Source: Pseudomonadota bacterium (GTDB taxonomy: Bacteria; Bdellovibrionota_B; Oligoflexia; Oligoflexales; RGVZ01). From it: a DNA stretch of 64,000 nucleotides. The DNA is taken from NCBI GenBank assembly GCA_041178085.1, contig JBEGVZ010000104.1:1-64000 (forward strand), read 5' to 3'. A model generated the notes under the pieces. That model did no database searches and was not told the origin of the DNA. It worked only from the letters and a program-made list of their open reading frames with translations. The position numbers and the translations under genes were made by a program. This document shows positions 7,505-17,325 of this stretch, in pieces. Position 1 is the stretch's first letter. Each line of letters opens with the position of its first letter.

Positions 7505-9769
7505 TCAACGAAGACGCACGCGGTTCAGCCGGAGTGAATTTGCCACGACGCTTACTGATGACAGAGCCATGGCACCAGCCGCGATCATCGGTGACAGCAA
7601 TCCAACCGCAGCCACCGGGATCGCAATGACATTATACCCGAAGGCCCAGAAAAGATTTTGCCGGATCACCCTCGAGGTCGCTCGTGAAAGGGTGATCGCG
7701 TCTGCAACCCTGGTCAAGTCACCAGACGGGATGATCAGCCCAGAAGTTCCCATGGCAATGTCTGTTCCCCTGCCAACTGAAATTCCAACATCAGCTTGAG
7801 CCAGAGCCGGAGCGTCGTTGATGCCGTCTCCCGCCATGATAACTTTCTTGCCATCGCCCTGAAATTGCCTGATCAGATCAAGCTTGCCCGCAGGCAAGAT
7901 ATTGGCGTGGAAATTCCCGATCCCGGTCGCCCGGGCAACCGCGGTGACGGGGCCGTCGCGGTCGCCGCTGGCCATGATGATCTGTATGTTCTCGGCCTGA
8001 ATCCGGCGCACGGCTTCGACAGCAGACGGACGGATGGTCGAGGTAAGAGAAAGCCGCGCCACAATCTTGCCCTCAATGGCAATCCACACCAGGGAATACT
8101 GGGATGAGGAATCGAGCGACCAGCCATCGGGGCGGGACCAGACAGGTTGCAGTTGGGGATCGATGCCCCGCTCCTGCATCAATGCGGCGTTACCCGAAAT
8201 CACATCGGCTTCATTGCCGGAGAAAAAAACCTTTGCCGCCAGACCACGCCCGGGAATTTCCCTCAACTGTGTCACCCGTAATCCTGACACACTCGACGCA
8301 CGAGATGTTTCCAGCAGCCACCGATTCACCGCGCGCGCCAAAGGGTGCCGGCTACCTGCCTGGACTTCCGCAAGCACGGCAAACCACTCTAGCGGCAACG
8401 ACGGATCAAACTGCGCATCAGCAACCTCGAAATCGCCCGTGGTGACCGTTCCAGTCTTGTCAATCACGAGCACTGATGCTTTTTCGATTTCGTGCAGTGC
8501 GTCCGGATCGCGCACCAGGATGCCAAGGCGCGCTGCTCGCCCGCTGCCAACAAGGATGGCGGTTGGAGTGGCAAGGCCCAGCGCACATGGACAAGCAATC
8601 ACGAGAACTGCAAGAAAAGCCCGCAGGGCCCCGTCCCAACCGTCCCCTAAAAGCCAGTGCACGGCCAGCGTCAACACGGCCACGGCAATGACGGCAGGGA
8701 CAAACCGTGCGGCGACTGCATCGACCAGTTTTTGAATGGCGGGCCGGGTTGCCTGGGCATCACGCACCAGGGAAAGGATCTGCGCCAGCATCGTGTCGTT
8801 GCCTGTTTTTTCGGTGCGGACCAGTAGCATGCCGGAACCGCAATTGACGGTCCCACCGGTAACAAGATCACCCGGCTTCTTGAAAACCGGCACTGACTCG
8901 CCGGATACCAGCGCCTCATCCATCTCTGATTCGCCATCGATGACCCGGCCGTCCGCTGGACAGGCACGACCTGCGGCGACAACCAGGACGTCTCCGATGC
9001 GCACTGAATCAACTGGTATTTCCTCGTCCCGCCACCCCTCACCGCCAAGTCCATCGCGGCGAACCGTTGCGGTGGCTGGTTGCAGCGCAGCCAACTTCAT
9101 GATCGCGTCGACCGCCGAGCTGCGCGCGCGTTCCTCCAGCCAACGGCCCATCAAGACAAACGCGGCAATGACAGCTGCAGATTCAAAATAGAGATGCCTG
9201 GACAGGGGATCGGCGGAATCTCCAGCCACCAGCTGCCACATGGAATAGACCCACGCCGATCCAACCCCGATTGCCACGAGGGTATCCATGTTGACGTTAC
9301 GATGACGGGCGAGGGTGAAAGCCTGCAGGAAAAAAATCCGGGCTGGACCGGCAATCATGATTGTTGTCAGTATGGCCTGGATCAGGTTTGAGGTCGCCAT
9401 CGGAACCACAAACCAGCCAAGCATGGGACCCATCGCCAGGAGCATAACCAAGGCTGCGATTCCCATGGCCAGCAACATTGAACGCAGCGTCCCGTTGCGT
9501 GCCTTGCGCTCCTGGCGCAGATCCGCGGCAAGGTCTCTTTGGCCGAACACCGCCTTGTATCCTGCGATCTGAACCACTTTCGCGATGGACTTCTCGTCGA
9601 TGGCACCGGTGACGCGGCCAGATTTCATGGCAAAGTTGATGGCCACACTGCTGACACCAGGAGATTCTTCCAGAGCGCGGGTGATGCGCGCCGCACAGCC
9701 AGCGCAGGTCATGCCTTCAATCGCAAAATCAAGGACCGGTGTTTTTTCCCTGGGGTGTGCGGACGCCAT
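7505..9769 (-). CDS. copA: Copper-translocating P1B-type ATPase
   Basis: GMTCAGC HMA domain, YFE, SGES, CPC, DKTGT, HP, GDGIND, YN and MxxSS motifs. Start uncertain (ORF extends to 9931). Confidence 0.93.
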   Translation of the reverse strand: MASAHPREKTPVLDFAIEGMTCAGCAARITRALEESPGVSSVAINFAMKSGRVTGAIDEKSIAKVVQIAGYKAVFGQRDLAADLRQERKARNGTLRSMLLAMGIAALVMLLAMGPMLGWFVVPMATSNLIQAILTTIMIAGPARIFFLQAFTLARHRNVNMDTLVAIGVGSAWVYSMWQLVAGDSADPLSRHLYFESAAVIAAFVLMGRWLEERARSSAVDAIMKLAALQPATATVRRDGLGGEGWRDEEIPVDSVRIGDVLVVAAGRACPADGRVIDGESEMDEALVSGESVPVFKKPGDLVTGGTVNCGSGMLLVRTEKTGNDTMLAQILSLVRDAQATRPAIQKLVDAVAARFVPAVIAVAVLTLAVHWLLGDGWDGALRAFLAVLVIACPCALGLATPTAILVGSGRAARLGILVRDPDALHEIEKASVLVIDKTGTVTTGDFEVADAQFDPSLPLEWFAVLAEVQAGSRHPLARAVNRWLLETSRASSVSGLRVTQLREIPGRGLAAKVFFSGNEADVISGNAALMQERGIDPQLQPVWSRPDGWSLDSSSQYSLVWIAIEGKIVARLSLTSTIRPSAVEAVRRIQAENIQIIMASGDRDGPVTAVARATGIGNFHANILPAGKLDLIRQFQGDGKKVIMAGDGINDAPALAQADVGISVGRGTDIAMGTSGLIIPSGDLTRVADAITLSRATSRVIRQNLFWAFGYNVIAIPVAAVGLLSPMIAAGAMALSSVSVVANSLRLNRVRLR

Positions 9770-11000
9770 GAGATGCCTCCCGGGTATCTGGCTTGCCGCT
9801 GCCATTATAGACCCAATTCCACTCGGGGTCATGGACCAACACGCAGGAATCACCCAGGTGAGCGCGCCACAATGCGCAGATCCCGCCCACCAACTCATCG
9901 ACGTTACCGGAACGAAGTAAAACCCCATCACGCAGCGCCACAGGCAGCGAACTGCGAAGGTAATTCCAAAGCATCTTGGTGCGAGCGCAGGCGCGGCGCC
10001 CGGGGTTTACGCGGCCACCCGGCAGGCGGCTTTGGATCAGTTCAAGCAGACCTTGCCAGCGAACTGAGTCCGTTCCTGCTGGGGGCATCGCATGAAACAC
10101 CCCATCCCGCCAAAGGGCAACCAGGTCTGCGGGGGCATTCCAGTGCAGTTCGTGTAAAAGCGCAAAAACTTGAATGGCATGCGTCAAAGTTCCCAGTTCG
10201 ATCGACACTGGATTTCCCGTTCGCAGCTCTTCAAAAATCCAGGGGTTCCGCAATGCGCCGCGACCGATGATCCACGTCCTGACACCGGGAGCGGTAGCCG
10301 CAGCGGAGTCAGCTGACGCAAGGTCGCAAATATCGCCGGAACCAACAACCTTCACAGGATCCAAATTGCGCGCAGCCAGATCGATCAACCCAAGGTCAGC
10401 TCGCCCCAGGTATCGCTGCGGTCGGGTTCTCCCGTGAACGCTGACCTGGGCCAAAGGCAGGCCTTTCAATGCCTCGATGATCCGGGGAAATTCTGCGGGA
10501 TCGTGAAACCCGGTGCGGACCTTGACACTGAGCTTGTCAGCGCCGACATGCTGGAGCGCAAACTCCAAAAATCCCCGCAAGCCAGCAGGATCCTCAAGCA
10601 AGCTGCTGCCCGCCCTGCCCCCGACCACGACGGGCGATGGACACCCACAGTTCAAATCAATGAAGAACCCCGAATTCACGAACGCCTTATCCACTTTCCG
10701 TAAGATCAGTTCCGACACACGGATAAAATCCGAGGGATTGGTTGCCATCAATTGTGGAATCACCCTGGCGCTGCGGCCAGTGCCACCAATGGGTTCAAAA
10801 AGTTCAGGACACCAGACAGGCGGCAGCTCTCTTGCAGGGAATGAGTCCGTCACACGCAGGAAAGGAGTCCATAAGAAGGCAGGAGACGATGCCTGGGCAA
10901 ACCAGATCCGGGCGGGCCAGTCGGTGACGCCCTCCATGGGCGCAAGACCAAAATCAATTGGTCCGGGGAAGTTTTCCGGCATGCGGCGACCCATGTTCAC
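9729..11000 (-). CDS. dus: tRNA-dihydrouridine synthase family protein
   Basis: LAPMEGVTD, PQLM, DLNCGCP, SVKVRTG, VHGRT, GSGDI, IGRGALRNPW. GTG at 11000 overlaps the kinase stop codon. Confidence 0.88.
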   Translation of the reverse strand: MNMGRRMPENFPGPIDFGLAPMEGVTDWPARIWFAQASSPAFLWTPFLRVTDSFPARELPPVWCPELFEPIGGTGRSARVIPQLMATNPSDFIRVSELILRKVDKAFVNSGFFIDLNCGCPSPVVVGGRAGSSLLEDPAGLRGFLEFALQHVGADKLSVKVRTGFHDPAEFPRIIEALKGLPLAQVSVHGRTRPQRYLGRADLGLIDLAARNLDPVKVVGSGDICDLASADSAAATAPGVRTWIIGRGALRNPWIFEELRTGNPVSIELGTLTHAIQVFALLHELHWNAPADLVALWRDGVFHAMPPAGTDSVRWQGLLELIQSRLPGGRVNPGRRACARTKMLWNYLRSSLPVALRDGVLLRSGNVDELVGGICALWRAHLGDSCVLVHDPEWNWVYNGSGKPDTREASHGVRTPQGKNTGP

Positions 11001-12577
11001 TTGTCCACAAAGGGGAGACGCATCACGAGACAGGCGCCATCGGGACCTGATTCTTCCGTTGCATGAAGGCTTCCCCCGTAACATTCGATCAAGCGGCAGA
11101 CAAGACGCAGGCCGAGGCCTTCATGAACAAAGGACAGGTCACTACTCCTGAGGCCAACTGAGGTTAATTGTTCGAAACGTTCCCGGGTCAGGCCGTGCCC
11201 GTTATCACGCAAAGACAGCTCAACAAAACCATCGACCTTGGACAGAAGCGATATCCAAACCTTTCCATCCATCCGGCGAGCCGCCGACTTGATTGAGTTA
11301 CCGGCAAGGTTCATGATGATTTGCATCAATTCGGTGCGCGGCATCGCCACCACAAGGGCCCGAATATCCTCTGAAACATCGACTTCCCAGTTCAAAGGTT
11401 GGCCGCCCTCGCTGCTCATCTTGAGCAAGGTCAAGGCACGATCAATGCTATCACCAAGAACGCATTGTCCCGCGCCTTCCCCGTCCCGGTTGCGCAATTT
11501 GGCACGCAAAGCCTGAACGAGAGAATCCATGTGCGAAGCCGATGCTTCCAAAACCTTCAAGTGTTCCGCTTCAGGATTCAGCAGGCTGATCTCCCTCGCC
11601 AGGTTTTCGAGCGAAAGACGCATCACGGCAAGGCTCGATCCAAGGTCATGAACTACCAGGCCCGTGAACTGCCCAAGTTCTGCAAAGCGAGCCTTGTCCG
11701 CAGCAAAGCGTGTCATCAGTTTAGACTCAAGCTCATAGTCGGTGACGCGCTCTTGCAGAAACTGCTTTTCACGGTACTGGCGCAAAAGCAGAATAGACCA
11801 CGCCCACACCCCACCCAGGAAGATGAGGCCGAAGCCTGAGAGCGAAACCACATCCGCCCCCTTTTGAACCAACCCTGCACCATGACGAAGAGTCATCCAT
11901 GCAGCAGCCATGCTGATGGTCCAGGATATGGAGGCAAACAACATTTCAAACGCTCCAAGTTGGCGCTGAATCTGCCATGGCACACCTTCACCGGCCAGAG
12001 CAGGTTCTCTAAGGTGGGCTGCCGCCGCCGACTTGAGCTTGGCCGCGACAATCGATTGTTCGATAAAGACAAGCAAACACAAAAAACCGTAAAATCCGGC
12101 AAAATGAAAAACTTGGAGCATTGCGGATTCATGGGGTTCAGGCGTTCTCTGGACTGGCCCCAGGTAAGCAAACACAGCCAAGGGTACGTCACGGAGCAGG
12201 CTGGATAGACAAGTGAAGAGGACCCGGCTGCCAGCCCAACCATCAATCATCTTGATGAAGTCTTCCCGGTTGATGTTGGCAGAATTCTTGGTCAGAACGC
12301 CGTGCAGCTGATAGTCAAACCCAGCGACGGCCGCCGGATCGCGCCATTTATGGAGCTCTCGGGACAGCCACAGCAAAAGGGGCTGCATCGCTGCCCCAAA
12401 CAGGAATATCAATGCGACTTCTGACCATTCTGGTCTTGCCCAGGTCAGGAACCACGGCAGTGATCCAATGACCGAAACCGCCAATCCGTAGGGGCTCAGG
12501 TCACCAACGTAGTAAAATCTGAACATTCGGACATTCATGAAACAATTTATCGGCTTAGAAATACGAAGGATCAACAT
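10997..12577 (-). CDS. Membrane-bound sensor histidine kinase
   Basis: Multiple hydrophobic segments; H-box VVHDLGSSL; N-box QIIMNLAGNS; G boxes DNGHG and GLGL. Start could be 12538. Confidence 0.85.
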   Translation of the reverse strand: MLILRISKPINCFMNVRMFRFYYVGDLSPYGLAVSVIGSLPWFLTWARPEWSEVALIFLFGAAMQPLLLWLSRELHKWRDPAAVAGFDYQLHGVLTKNSANINREDFIKMIDGWAGSRVLFTCLSSLLRDVPLAVFAYLGPVQRTPEPHESAMLQVFHFAGFYGFLCLLVFIEQSIVAAKLKSAAAAHLREPALAGEGVPWQIQRQLGAFEMLFASISWTISMAAAWMTLRHGAGLVQKGADVVSLSGFGLIFLGGVWAWSILLLRQYREKQFLQERVTDYELESKLMTRFAADKARFAELGQFTGLVVHDLGSSLAVMRLSLENLAREISLLNPEAEHLKVLEASASHMDSLVQALRAKLRNRDGEGAGQCVLGDSIDRALTLLKMSSEGGQPLNWEVDVSEDIRALVVAMPRTELMQIIMNLAGNSIKSAARRMDGKVWISLLSKVDGFVELSLRDNGHGLTRERFEQLTSVGLRSSDLSFVHEGLGLRLVCRLIECYGGSLHATEESGPDGACLVMRLPFVDK

Positions 12578-12591
12578 ATCCGGGCACGCCC

Positions 12592-13881
12592 ATGAAAGAA
12601 AATAAATTAATCAATAAATTCAAATTGTTAGCAACAGCCATCGCCTGTGCAGTGCCGCATGCTGTATCCGCCAAAGCCCTTGCCCGTGCGGGCGCTGACG
12701 ATTGTTCAGACTTTAGCGACGATATCCCTCTGGCGGGCGAATCCCTGAATGACGCCGCGTCTTATGATTTTCCAGAACATTGGCGGGATTGGTGGGACCT
12801 TGGTGGCACAAGCGCGCGAATCTCTGCAGGTAGTCTGAATGCACGAGAATTCCTGTACTCCGAAGACCTGCGATTTGAGGCCACGTCGAATGATTCCCAA
12901 GTATCGTTATTCTTCGATCGAGGACTTCGCCAAAACCATTGGCTGAAAAGTTCCGGCACTGAACTCAATCTAAACATCACACCGGGAAACTCCGGGGTGC
13001 CCTCTTTCAGCGTGCTCATGGACAGCGATGCCATCAAAAAGAATGCCGATCTGGGCCTTGCCATTGGTTGGCGACAATCCCTGGTCGACTATTCTGAATT
13101 TTTTTTCTGGTCAATTGATCATTACTACAACACCAAGGAAACCTCGGCAGCACGCTGGATAAAAAAACCATTCGCCTGGGGATACCGGTTTTCCAAACCG
13201 CGGCCTGAATCCAGTGAGACGCCGTGGTTGCAGCAGGCGCAAATTGAAATACAACCCAAGGCAGTCTATGACAATCCAGATGCAGGGACGGTCTGTACAA
13301 CCTCGCGTCGCAGCCTCACCCTGCGCGGAAAGATCACGACTCACATCCTGTGGAACGTTGCCAATTTCAATACCGAAAAGAACGTTACGTCTAAAAGTTC
13401 AGCTGGCACAGCAACACACACCAAGCGTGACTCTGCAAGCGCGGCGGTGACGTGGATCAGCAGCCCCGCGCAATCAGGTGCAGGCGGCGAGTACGATTCA
13501 GTCAGGATTGAAATCCTGGTCGATAAGTTGGAACGGGAATCTCAGGCCGCCTCCGGTTTACGAAGGGAGGCAATCGTTTCTGCCCGGCGCCACTTGGAGG
13601 CAGGTGAGACTGGGCAATGGTTTTTCGGCATTATTGCCAGCCGCGGACAGCAAAGTATCGGCATAGCGGAAGCTGACGGCGCCCAGGTGATTGAACAAGC
13701 CAAGCTGCAAACAGGCTTCGAGTACCAGATCGGACGCAATACAAAAGCGGGACGCCCCAAAGGGAGCTTCCGTACACTGGCCAACTGGGACCTGGACCAT
13801 CTGGTACAGGATTTCCCTTACTCCAAACGACGATTTCGCCCCTGGGATGGTGGCTTGCTGCAATTCAGCATCTATAACTGA
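12592..13881 (+). CDS. Exported hypothetical protein, possible outer-membrane beta-barrel
   Basis: Signal peptide ending AVSA; alternating aromatic/polar strands; C-terminal LLQFSIYN. Confidence 0.55.
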   Translation: MKENKLINKFKLLATAIACAVPHAVSAKALARAGADDCSDFSDDIPLAGESLNDAASYDFPEHWRDWWDLGGTSARISAGSLNAREFLYSEDLRFEATSNDSQVSLFFDRGLRQNHWLKSSGTELNLNITPGNSGVPSFSVLMDSDAIKKNADLGLAIGWRQSLVDYSEFFFWSIDHYYNTKETSAARWIKKPFAWGYRFSKPRPESSETPWLQQAQIEIQPKAVYDNPDAGTVCTTSRRSLTLRGKITTHILWNVANFNTEKNVTSKSSAGTATHTKRDSASAAVTWISSPAQSGAGGEYDSVRIEILVDKLERESQAASGLRREAIVSARRHLEAGETGQWFFGIIASRGQQSIGIAEADGAQVIEQAKLQTGFEYQIGRNTKAGRPKGSFRTLANWDLDHLVQDFPYSKRRFRPWDGGLLQFSIYN

Positions 13882-13920
13882 TAAGATTCCGGAATCACGG
13901 CCAACCAAGGAGATAATTTC

Positions 13921-14346
13921 ATGCTCAAGAGAGAAGCCATCGCAGTCTGGAAGGGAACTGGCAAAGACGGCAAGGGAGTCCTGACAACCCCAAGCGGAAC
14001 GCTGAACAACACGCCATACTCATTCCACACCCGCTTTGAGAACGGAAAAGGGACAAACCCAGAGGAATTGATCGCTGCAGCTCACGCCGGCTGCTTTGAC
14101 ATGGCCCTCTCGTTCATGCTCACAGGGGCCGGGTTTCCTCCGGAAGAGCTGAAGACCACGGCGACCATCGTGATGACGCAGGAGGGCGTCCACTGGACGG
14201 TGACTGAAGCGAAACTGGACCTTCATGCCAAGGTGCCACAGATCACCAACGAAAAATTCCAGGAAATTGCCCACCAGGCAAAATCTGGATGTCCTGTTTC
14301 CAAGCTTTTCACAGCGAAGGTTACCCTGGACGCCCGGCTGGTGTAG
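13921..14346 (+). CDS. osmC: OsmC family peroxiredoxin
   Basis: GTNPEELIAAAHAGCF and GCPVSK motifs; AAGGAG RBS. Confidence 0.95.
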   Translation: MLKREAIAVWKGTGKDGKGVLTTPSGTLNNTPYSFHTRFENGKGTNPEELIAAAHAGCFDMALSFMLTGAGFPPEELKTTATIVMTQEGVHWTVTEAKLDLHAKVPQITNEKFQEIAHQAKSGCPVSKLFTAKVTLDARLV

Positions 14347-14374
14347 TGCAGATGATCATGAACGGATTGATCGA

Positions 14375-15640
14375 TTAATCAAAGAAACCACGCAGGAAGA
14401 CGTTTTCGCGCAAGACAGTCTGGTATGAACCAGCGTCTTCCTCTGGTTTCAACTTGATGACCCGTCCCCGCGCATCGTTGGCCTGAATGAAAACATCTCC
14501 CGAAGATACGTCTACCGCTAGCGCACCGATGTCATCCACGGTCGGGGTCTCATCAAAAGATTTCTCGAACTTTGTCCCGTCAGCGAGCAGGCCAGAAACC
14601 TTGAGCGACAAGGCAATCCCAAAAAAAGACACATCGCACAACGACAGATAAAGATTGGCTCCAGCAAAACCGGGGCCGGCATCCAACAACTTGACGCCAT
14701 CCAAGATACCGGTGCAGTCAAGGCCCGGAACGACTCCACTGTTGCCTGCCAAAGCAACGCTCGCATTCGACACGGAAAAAAGGCGCGCGCCGTCCGAACC
14801 CCCAAAAACCACTGCCAGGCTGGATGAATCAGGCGCAAAAATCCCGGAAACATCCTCTTGATCCGGAATGCTTGAATCCAGCCATGCCGCTGGCGGTTTG
14901 CAAGCACCGTCTGAAAACGGCAAGAAACTTTTCAGCAATCCGGACTTTCCGCCGACAAAAATGCGTGACGACCCAGCATGCAAAAAAACTTTTTTCACCG
15001 CAAAAGACAAATCACTGGACTGGAAACACTCGAGCGCCGTCGACGCCATGTTCGCAGAGGCATTGCTGGCGGAATAAAGAGCATAACTGCCGGTTTGAGT
15101 TCCCATCACAAGCACGAGCAGGCCATCCTGCGAAACAAACACGGATTTCTTTTTCTCAGAAAAAGCGGATGGCAGGGAGAACGTCTCGTCCTGCCATGTG
15201 GACTGACCCAGATAACGGATCACTTTGACGGAGTCCGCGCCCGCACTGACAAAGGCCATGGCGGCTGCATCCGCGGCAGAAGCCCAGTTTTGGGTCGTCC
15301 GTTGATCCGGAATACTGAATTCACGGGCAGCGCCACTGGCGTCTGTCACTGTCAAGGTTGCAGGGCGAACGATGGCAACGGCGTCCAGGTTGGGCATGGC
15401 CTGGACCGAAATAATGTCGCCACTGGCACCGAGGTGAGCCGTCTCTGAAAGATCAACCGCATCAAACCACGAGATTCGCTGCGCGGCTTCACTGAAACCG
15501 AGAAAAAAACTTTGCTTCTGGACCAGGGTTTTGCGGACCACGATCTTTGCAATTGGCTGGTTTCCGGTCGGCGAAATAGCACCAGATGAACATGCCGTGA
15601 CCAGAGAAAAAGCGATAAGAATCAGCGCAGCATGGTTCAC
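14375..15640 (-). CDS. Lipoprotein, beta-propeller-like hypothetical
   Basis: Lipobox LVTAC; beta-strand-rich sequence; GTG start overlaps the caspase stop codon. Confidence 0.7.
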   Translation of the reverse strand: MNHAALILIAFSLVTACSSGAISPTGNQPIAKIVVRKTLVQKQSFFLGFSEAAQRISWFDAVDLSETAHLGASGDIISVQAMPNLDAVAIVRPATLTVTDASGAAREFSIPDQRTTQNWASAADAAAMAFVSAGADSVKVIRYLGQSTWQDETFSLPSAFSEKKKSVFVSQDGLLVLVMGTQTGSYALYSASNASANMASTALECFQSSDLSFAVKKVFLHAGSSRIFVGGKSGLLKSFLPFSDGACKPPAAWLDSSIPDQEDVSGIFAPDSSSLAVVFGGSDGARLFSVSNASVALAGNSGVVPGLDCTGILDGVKLLDAGPGFAGANLYLSLCDVSFFGIALSLKVSGLLADGTKFEKSFDETPTVDDIGALAVDVSSGDVFIQANDARGRVIKLKPEEDAGSYQTVLRENVFLRGFFD

Positions 15641-17316
15641 TTCAACCTCCTGGCACGCGCACCAAATCGCGCCTCGATGCCAACATAAAGAGCCGCGTTG
15701 TCCATACGGACATCGCCAAATTCACCGTAAGAAAAACTGGTCCGTTCGTAGCGCAAGCCGGCAAGCAAATTGATATCCTCGTCAGCTCTGAGCTTTTGTC
15801 CGGCTGATGCATCCAGTCCAGTCAATAACGAATTACCCTTCAGTGAGGCAGCTGATCCACTCCTGCGATCCTTGAGCGCGACAGAGAGGTCAGCCGAACC
15901 GATGGATAAGGAGCCCGTCACGAAACGACCATCCAGTCTGACCAAGCGCAACCCGCCCTCGACTTTCATCCCCTTCAAGCTGGATTCGGTCCTGATCCCC
16001 GCGGCTTCGCCCATTTTTGAGACCATCGCGGACTGGAAACCGCCGATCCCGAAATAGACGGGCCAAGCTGTCTGCAGGCCAGACCATGTCCCCCGCAATG
16101 TCGTGATATTCATTCCGCTGGCGGGGACGATCTTGCGCGCACCGCTGTCCTGCACCCATGCACGGGACAAGTCCAGGCTGGCAGCCCAAGGCGCTGGCTT
16201 GACAACCTCATCAAGCGCTACGGTTTCACCTTCCCGTGCACGAACAGAAAAAATCGCGACTGGTTTTTCTCCCTCGGGAGGATAAACCTCGACGATGTTT
16301 GTCCCCTCCTTCATCACAAAACCAGATGGAATGGTTCCTTTCTCGCCCCCACGCACCTGTACGGCGTATCCCTGAAGGGAATTTTCGTATGCGGTCAACA
16401 CCGGCAAGCCACCTTGCTGCCGCTGTCCGGAGAGGGGAAAGTCAAACTTGCCCACTGCCTTGCCTTCCAAAGTCGGGCGTTGGGCGCCACGGGTCATCGC
16501 CCAGGTCTTTTGTCGCGCGTAGTCGTGAGCCTCGAGAGCCGTCACCTGACCATTGGCATCGCGGTCGCCCGCCTTCAAGGATTCAAGAAAAAAGTGCGTG
16601 TAAATATCGCCCTTCAAAGACACTTCCTCACGCGCAGTCTCGCCGCGTGCTGCCGCTGCAAAAATCAAGAAACCCTCTGATGAGGCCTCGTCCATGTCAA
16701 AGGCGCTGGCGGCGACGCGGCCCTTGTTTCCGGCCATCAACTCCTGGGCTACAGGACTCAACCTGGATTTACCAACTCCAGAGTGGCAGGTCGCAAGGAT
16801 CAGGAGTTTCCTGCGCGCCGGGATCCGGTCAAGCATGCGACGCAGTTCATTATGAGAGATCCCGGTCGACAAAGACTTGTCGGACGAGGTGTCATGCATC
16901 ACCAGAACTTGTGCAAGATCGCCACCCTGCCCGCCCGGGGCAAGGGTCCCATGACCAGAAAAATAGACAATCAACCGGTCCGACGGATTTACCCGCTCAC
17001 GCAACCGCTCGAAAATGTCACGCACGGCCTTGGCCGATGCCGACTGATTTTCCAGCACCAGTGTCTCGGCCGGAATGTCCGAGCCTCGGGCGATTGAGGC
17101 AGCAAAATTGCGGGCATCCAGCGCCGCAAATTTCAGCGTCGGCCAGAAGCCGTCACGATATCGATCGACACCCACTGACACGATGATTGTCCGTGCTGAC
17201 TTGGCCTTAGCTTCCGTCTGCGGCCCCGGAGCCCCAATGGCTCGCGTTGCCAGGACAAAACACAGGCTGCCTGCGAGCAGGAATGCGGACACCGGCATTT
17301 TCAGGATTGCCATCAT
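15637..17316 (-). CDS. Exported caspase-like protease (peptidase C14) with C-terminal beta-barrel-like domain
   Basis: Signal peptide; VGVDRY...LKFAALDA; YFSGHG (catalytic His); ILATCHSG (catalytic Cys); DIYTHFFLESL; GDRDANGQVT; QRP. C-terminal amphipathic strands ending LYVGIEARF. Confidence 0.88.
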   Translation of the reverse strand: MMAILKMPVSAFLLAGSLCFVLATRAIGAPGPQTEAKAKSARTIIVSVGVDRYRDGFWPTLKFAALDARNFAASIARGSDIPAETLVLENQSASAKAVRDIFERLRERVNPSDRLIVYFSGHGTLAPGGQGGDLAQVLVMHDTSSDKSLSTGISHNELRRMLDRIPARRKLLILATCHSGVGKSRLSPVAQELMAGNKGRVAASAFDMDEASSEGFLIFAAAARGETAREEVSLKGDIYTHFFLESLKAGDRDANGQVTALEAHDYARQKTWAMTRGAQRPTLEGKAVGKFDFPLSGQRQQGGLPVLTAYENSLQGYAVQVRGGEKGTIPSGFVMKEGTNIVEVYPPEGEKPVAIFSVRAREGETVALDEVVKPAPWAASLDLSRAWVQDSGARKIVPASGMNITTLRGTWSGLQTAWPVYFGIGGFQSAMVSKMGEAAGIRTESSLKGMKVEGGLRLVRLDGRFVTGSLSIGSADLSVALKDRRSGSAASLKGNSLLTGLDASAGQKLRADEDINLLAGLRYERTSFSYGEFGDVRMDNAALYVGIEARFGARARRLK

Positions 17317-17325
17317 GTGTTGTGC

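Noticed and set aside
12546..12574. Sigma28 promoter for the histidine kinase (GCCGATAA on the minus strand)
   Set aside because: No TAAA-like -35 at 15-16 bp spacing, and it may lie inside the coding region.
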